A stretch of DNA of 64,000 nt, taken from NCBI GenBank assembly GCA_965207065.1, contig OZ242260.1, positions 1,920,001 through 1,984,000 on the forward strand, in the 5' to 3' direction. Both the position numbers and the translations under genes were made by a program. The stretch comes from a bacterium (GTDB taxonomy: Bacteria > UBA8248). The notes under the pieces were generated by a model. That model was not told the origin of the DNA. It was given only the letters and a program-made list of their open reading frames with translations, and did no database searches. Shown here one piece after another: positions 60,386 through 64,000 of the stretch. Every line of letters starts with the position of its first letter. Position 1 is the stretch's first letter.

Positions 60386-61905
60386 GGGTCTGTTGAAAAA
60401 CCCCCGGCATTGTGATTGGGTGTAAGGACACTATCTCGCCCGAGATGGGAGTTCCCTCGATGATAGGCAGCAAGAGGCGCGAGCAGATGGATTTGTTCGT
60501 GGCGGGCTCGCTGGATCGGCTGATCCCCGAGGATCACGTTCTGTACCGCGTGCATCAGGTGCTGGATTTGAGTTGGCTTCGGGAGGAGGTGGCGGATTGC
60601 TATTGCGCGGACAACGGTCGTCCGGGGATCGACCCGGAGGTGGCGGTTCGCCTGATGCTGGCGGGTCTTCTGCTGGGCTACGTTCACGACCGCCGTCTGC
60701 TTCGCGAGGCGCGGGCGCACCTGGCGATCCGGTGGTTCATCGGGTACGGGCTGCACGAGGAGTTGCCGGACCATTCGAGCCTGACGCGGATTCGTCAGCG
60801 CTGGGGGGAGGCGCGCTTCCGGGCGATATTCCGCCGGACGGTGCAGGCGTGCCTGGAGGCGAAGGTGGCGAAGGGGGAGGTGGTTCACGTGGACGCTTCC
60901 CTGATCCGTGCGGACGTGAGCTGGGAGAGTCTGGCGGCGCACCACGCGGACGAGGTGATTCGGGAGAATCCCGTGGAGGATAAGCCTGAGAAGAAGGGGC
61001 GTGGCCGCGGCGGCGGGGGACCGGTGAGCCGGACGGACCCCGACGCGCGGCTTGCGCGCAAGAGCGCGCGGGCGAGGTTCGAGCCGAGCTACAAGCACCA
61101 CGCGGTGGTGGACGATGAGGGGGGTGTGGTTCTCGACGTGTCGGTGACGGAGGGGACGCTGAACGAGCGGGAGATGATGGCGTCCCATATAGAGGCGGTA
61201 AGCGAGTTGTCGGGCCGCGCGCCGGAGATGGTGACGGCGGATTCGGGGTATGCGTATTCGAAGGTGTACGCGGCATTGGAGGGTCGGGGCGTGTCCGCGC
61301 TCATCCCGGCGAAGAAAGAACCCTCGCAGAGCCGGGTTCCGTTGCGGCTGTTCCGCTACGATGCGCGCCACGGGATCGTGAAGTGTCCGGGTGGCAAGAC
61401 GCTGCGTCCCCGGCGGAGCGAGGAGCGGGGGCGCTACTATGGTTCGAGGACGCGGGATTGCGCGGGCTGCGCGCTCAGGTCCGATTGTCTGCCGAAGTCG
61501 CAAACGAGCAAGGAGGTTTTGATTCCCAACGAGTACCCGGCGCTGTTGCGCGCGCGCCGGCGCCATGCGCGGTGGGGAGGGGACGAGCGCCGGCTGTGGC
61601 GTCGGCACATGGGGCGCTCGGAGGGTTATCACGGGGAAGCGAAGAGTTGGCACGGACTGGGGCGGGCGATGCGCCGCGGTCTGGAGAACGTGCGGATCCA
61701 GTCCTACCTGACGGCGATGGCGGTGAACCTCAAGCGGCTGGCCGCCGCCCTTGCGGCGCGTATATTCGCCCTGTGGAGGGCCTGTGCCGCCCGGAAACGC
61801 CGTCTGCGCGCACATGGCGCCCTCACGCGCCGATGGGGCTCCCTCTCCGCCGCCGCGTGAACCGCCATACCGCCCGCTTCAAAAACGGAGTTTTTCAACA
61901 GGCCC
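60386..61905 (+). mobile_element. IS1182-family element
   Basis: 16-bp IRs GGGTCTGTTGAAAAAC and GTTTTTCAACAGGCCC; TTGAG duplicated on both sides. Confidence 0.88.
60460..61860 (+). CDS. IS1182-family transposase
   Basis: GRPGIDP, PDHSSLTRIRQR, VDASLIRA, TDPDA, ADSGY, RRGLENV; start uncertain. Confidence 0.9.
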   Translation: MIGSKRREQMDLFVAGSLDRLIPEDHVLYRVHQVLDLSWLREEVADCYCADNGRPGIDPEVAVRLMLAGLLLGYVHDRRLLREARAHLAIRWFIGYGLHEELPDHSSLTRIRQRWGEARFRAIFRRTVQACLEAKVAKGEVVHVDASLIRADVSWESLAAHHADEVIRENPVEDKPEKKGRGRGGGGPVSRTDPDARLARKSARARFEPSYKHHAVVDDEGGVVLDVSVTEGTLNEREMMASHIEAVSELSGRAPEMVTADSGYAYSKVYAALEGRGVSALIPAKKEPSQSRVPLRLFRYDARHGIVKCPGGKTLRPRRSEERGRYYGSRTRDCAGCALRSDCLPKSQTSKEVLIPNEYPALLRARRRHARWGGDERRLWRRHMGRSEGYHGEAKSWHGLGRAMRRGLENVRIQSYLTAMAVNLKRLAAALAARIFALWRACAARKRRLRAHGALTRRWGSLSAAA

Positions 61906-62437
61906 TTGAGGGGGAGTCGCAGAAGCCGAGCGGTTTGTGCGAAGGCTGATGCGGTGGGGGGTGAATCGTGTTTATCGTGCAATTTCAATTATACCCCCCA
62001 CCGGTTCGCTTGCGGGCTTGCGCCCTTAGCTCACCGTCGGTCTTCCCGAAGAGGAAAGACCGACCCTCAAGGGGGGAGTGAACTTCAAAGGCGTGCGCGC
62101 AACCTAAATCGCTCACGAGGACTTTTCAACAGCCCCCTCTCCGCCAGATTTCATACGGTCAGGGTTGGTGATCGCCCAAACTTCACGTAGCCTCTTTCGT
62201 ATGGGCGAACCCGGTGGAGACAGAAATCTTTCGCAGCCTTCTTGCCGCTATTTCGCGTGGGTGCGCCAGGGGTCGCCATCCCCAATCAAGACAGGCCCTG
62301 GGGCGATGGCGCCGGGATTGATCCTGGCGGTGAAGTATTGACCCTTTTTTTCGTATCGAGCGACAATTTCTGGAGGTTATCGAGAACGCGTAAGTCCAGA
62401 CTCCTCCATGTAGCGACCCAATCGAGGGAGGTTACCG

Positions 62438-63430
62438 ATGATACCGGCGGATGAGACATTCGACGGCACATGGCCGTATGAGCCGCATTTTTTCGAAGGG
62501 AACGGCTTTCGCCAGCACTATATTGACGAGCGCGGGGGTGAGGAGGGCGCAGAGGACGTCATTGTCTGTCTCCACGGCGAACCGACGTGGGGTTATCTCT
62601 ACCGGAACTTCATTCCCAGGCTGCGAAAGCTGGGGCGCGTCATCGTGCCGGACCACATGGGCTTCGGCAAAAGCGAAACCCCCCAGGACAAGGACTATTC
62701 CATTCGTGAGCATAGCGATAACCTTGAGGCCCTGCTCCTGGACCTCGACGCGCGGAACATCACCTTCGTCATGCAGGACTGGGGCGGCTCCATCGGGGCC
62801 AGCTTCGCCGTGCGCCATCCGGAGCGCATCAAGTGTCTATGTATCTGCAACACCTATGCGCCCTGGGCGAGAATACCGACAGACGGAAAGTTCCCGACTC
62901 CCGAGCATAAATGGTTCAACTGGGTGCAGACGGATCAATACGAACCCACCCTTCTGAATCTCGGCGCGACGGTGCTGTCGGTGATGAAGAGAATCGGCTT
63001 CGAGCGCACCGCGCATGTGGACGAGACCTGGGTCCGCGCTTACGCCAGCCCGTTTCCCACCCCGGAGTCCTGTCGTGGCGCGCTGCAATTCCCCCGGAAC
63101 ATCACGGATCCAAAAACCTTCGAATTCTTCCAGGAGCTCGCGGAGGAGCACGACGTGGAAGTCTTGAAGACCATTCCCGCCATGTGCATTCACGGGGAAG
63201 AGGACCGGGCGATGCCCGCCAGGTATACGGTCTTTCGGTTCAAGAGCATCTGGCCCAATGGCCCGGTCGTCACCCTGCCGGGCGTCGGTCATTTCGTGCA
63301 GGAAGACGCGCCGGAGACGGTGACGGCTCTCATCGAGCAGTTCGTCCAGATCAACAATCCGCCCGTCGATGCTTTTTCCGAGCCGAGCCGGGCGTGGAAC
63401 GAAGGCGACCGGTGGACGAAAGCCAAGTAG
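62438..63430 (+). CDS. Haloalkane dehalogenase-like alpha/beta hydrolase
   Basis: LHGEPTWGYLYR, QDWGG nucleophile Asp, GHFVQED. Confidence 0.88.
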   Translation: MIPADETFDGTWPYEPHFFEGNGFRQHYIDERGGEEGAEDVIVCLHGEPTWGYLYRNFIPRLRKLGRVIVPDHMGFGKSETPQDKDYSIREHSDNLEALLLDLDARNITFVMQDWGGSIGASFAVRHPERIKCLCICNTYAPWARIPTDGKFPTPEHKWFNWVQTDQYEPTLLNLGATVLSVMKRIGFERTAHVDETWVRAYASPFPTPESCRGALQFPRNITDPKTFEFFQELAEEHDVEVLKTIPAMCIHGEEDRAMPARYTVFRFKSIWPNGPVVTLPGVGHFVQEDAPETVTALIEQFVQINNPPVDAFSEPSRAWNEGDRWTKAK

Positions 63431-63564
63431 TGATCATTCCTGTTACGGACACGGGTACTGCTCCACCGAATCTGATTTTCAGTCGTCATTCCGGCGGTGG
63501 ATTGCATCGTAACGATGGACGTATCTTTCCGCTCGTCCAGGATTGACGGTCACGCCTGAAATGC

Positions 63565-63591
63565 GGGCGGACACACGGGGTCCGCCCCTGC
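63565..63591 (-). repeat. REP-like palindrome related to 1524-1610
   Basis: GGGCGGACACACGGGGTCCGCCCCTGC. Confidence 0.55.
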
Positions 63592-63675
63592 AAGCGCAAA
63601 TGACTCGAACGGAGCATCTCTCAAGGCCAGGCGTCCCGTTTGATAACCGGCCGCAAAGCCGATATGTTGCCGCAC

Positions 63676-64000
63676 ATGAAACTCTCGACCGCGATTACCC
63701 GCATGCTGGACATCGACCACCCGATCCTGCTCGCTCCGATGGGCGGCGTCGCGGGCGGCGCGCTTGCCCGCGAGGTCTCCGCCGCAGGCGGGTTGGGCCT
63801 GATAAGCGCCGGCTACGCAGACCCCGCGTTCGGCTACGGCTCGGACGAGTGGATTCGGGGCGAGTTCGACAAAGCGGAAGAGGGCGCGGTCGGGGTCGGC
63901 TTCATCACCTGGGCGCTGAAGAAACGGCCCGGCGCGCTCGACGCCGCGCTGGAATGCAGGCCCAAGGCCGTCATGCTCTCATTCGGCGACATCGAACCCT
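63676..64000 (+). CDS. Nitronate monooxygenase family protein, 3'-truncated by the window edge
   Basis: HPILLAPMGGVAGGALAREVSAAGGLGLI. Confidence 0.85.
   Translation, partial: MKLSTAITRMLDIDHPILLAPMGGVAGGALAREVSAAGGLGLISAGYADPAFGYGSDEWIRGEFDKAEEGAVGVGFITWALKKRPGALDAALECRPKAVMLSFGDIEP

Larger units (their letters stand above)
60192..62136. mobile_element. Non-autonomous MITE-like element (~0.42 kb) interrupted by IS1182
   Basis: Ends GGGGCTGTTGAGAAAGCCT and AGGACTTTTCAACAGCCCC; CTCTCC on both flanks. Confidence 0.75.

Overview
GC-rich bacterial chromosome window in two parts. Positions ~1.6-42.3 kb are a decayed ICE-like/defence accessory region. It holds two near-identical TonB-dependent receptor genes flanking a tandem pair of tyrosine integrases, group II intron fragments, an nsrR-yeaR module, IS110, IS1380 and IS256 elements, ssb/DUF4326/DUF2493 leading-region genes, relaxase and coupling-protein relics, a frameshifted tyrosinase with an upstream repeat peptide, and a defence cluster. 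The best candidate for an undescribed system is at 30.1-38.4 kb. There an intact MmeI-like type IIL restriction-modification gene is followed by an array of low-GC defence-type genes (two HEPN-like, Schlafen AlbA_2, DUF2971). The first sits behind the intact gene and the other three each sit behind a decayed copy of its 3' end. Two of those copies are fused at the same junction to the 3' end of a tyrosine integrase, which suggests an integron-like cassette-capture mechanism. Positions ~42.5-64 kb are mostly core metabolism: hydantoinase A/B, nucleoside hydrolase and rbsK, hflKC, two tandem UxxC selenoprotein peroxiredoxin-like genes, cupins, a cyclase, a creatininase, tadA and tRNA-Ser. This part also has a small tRNA-Ser islet whose att copy is split by a nested MITE/IS1182. 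Family calls come from motif recognition by eye; no searches were run.
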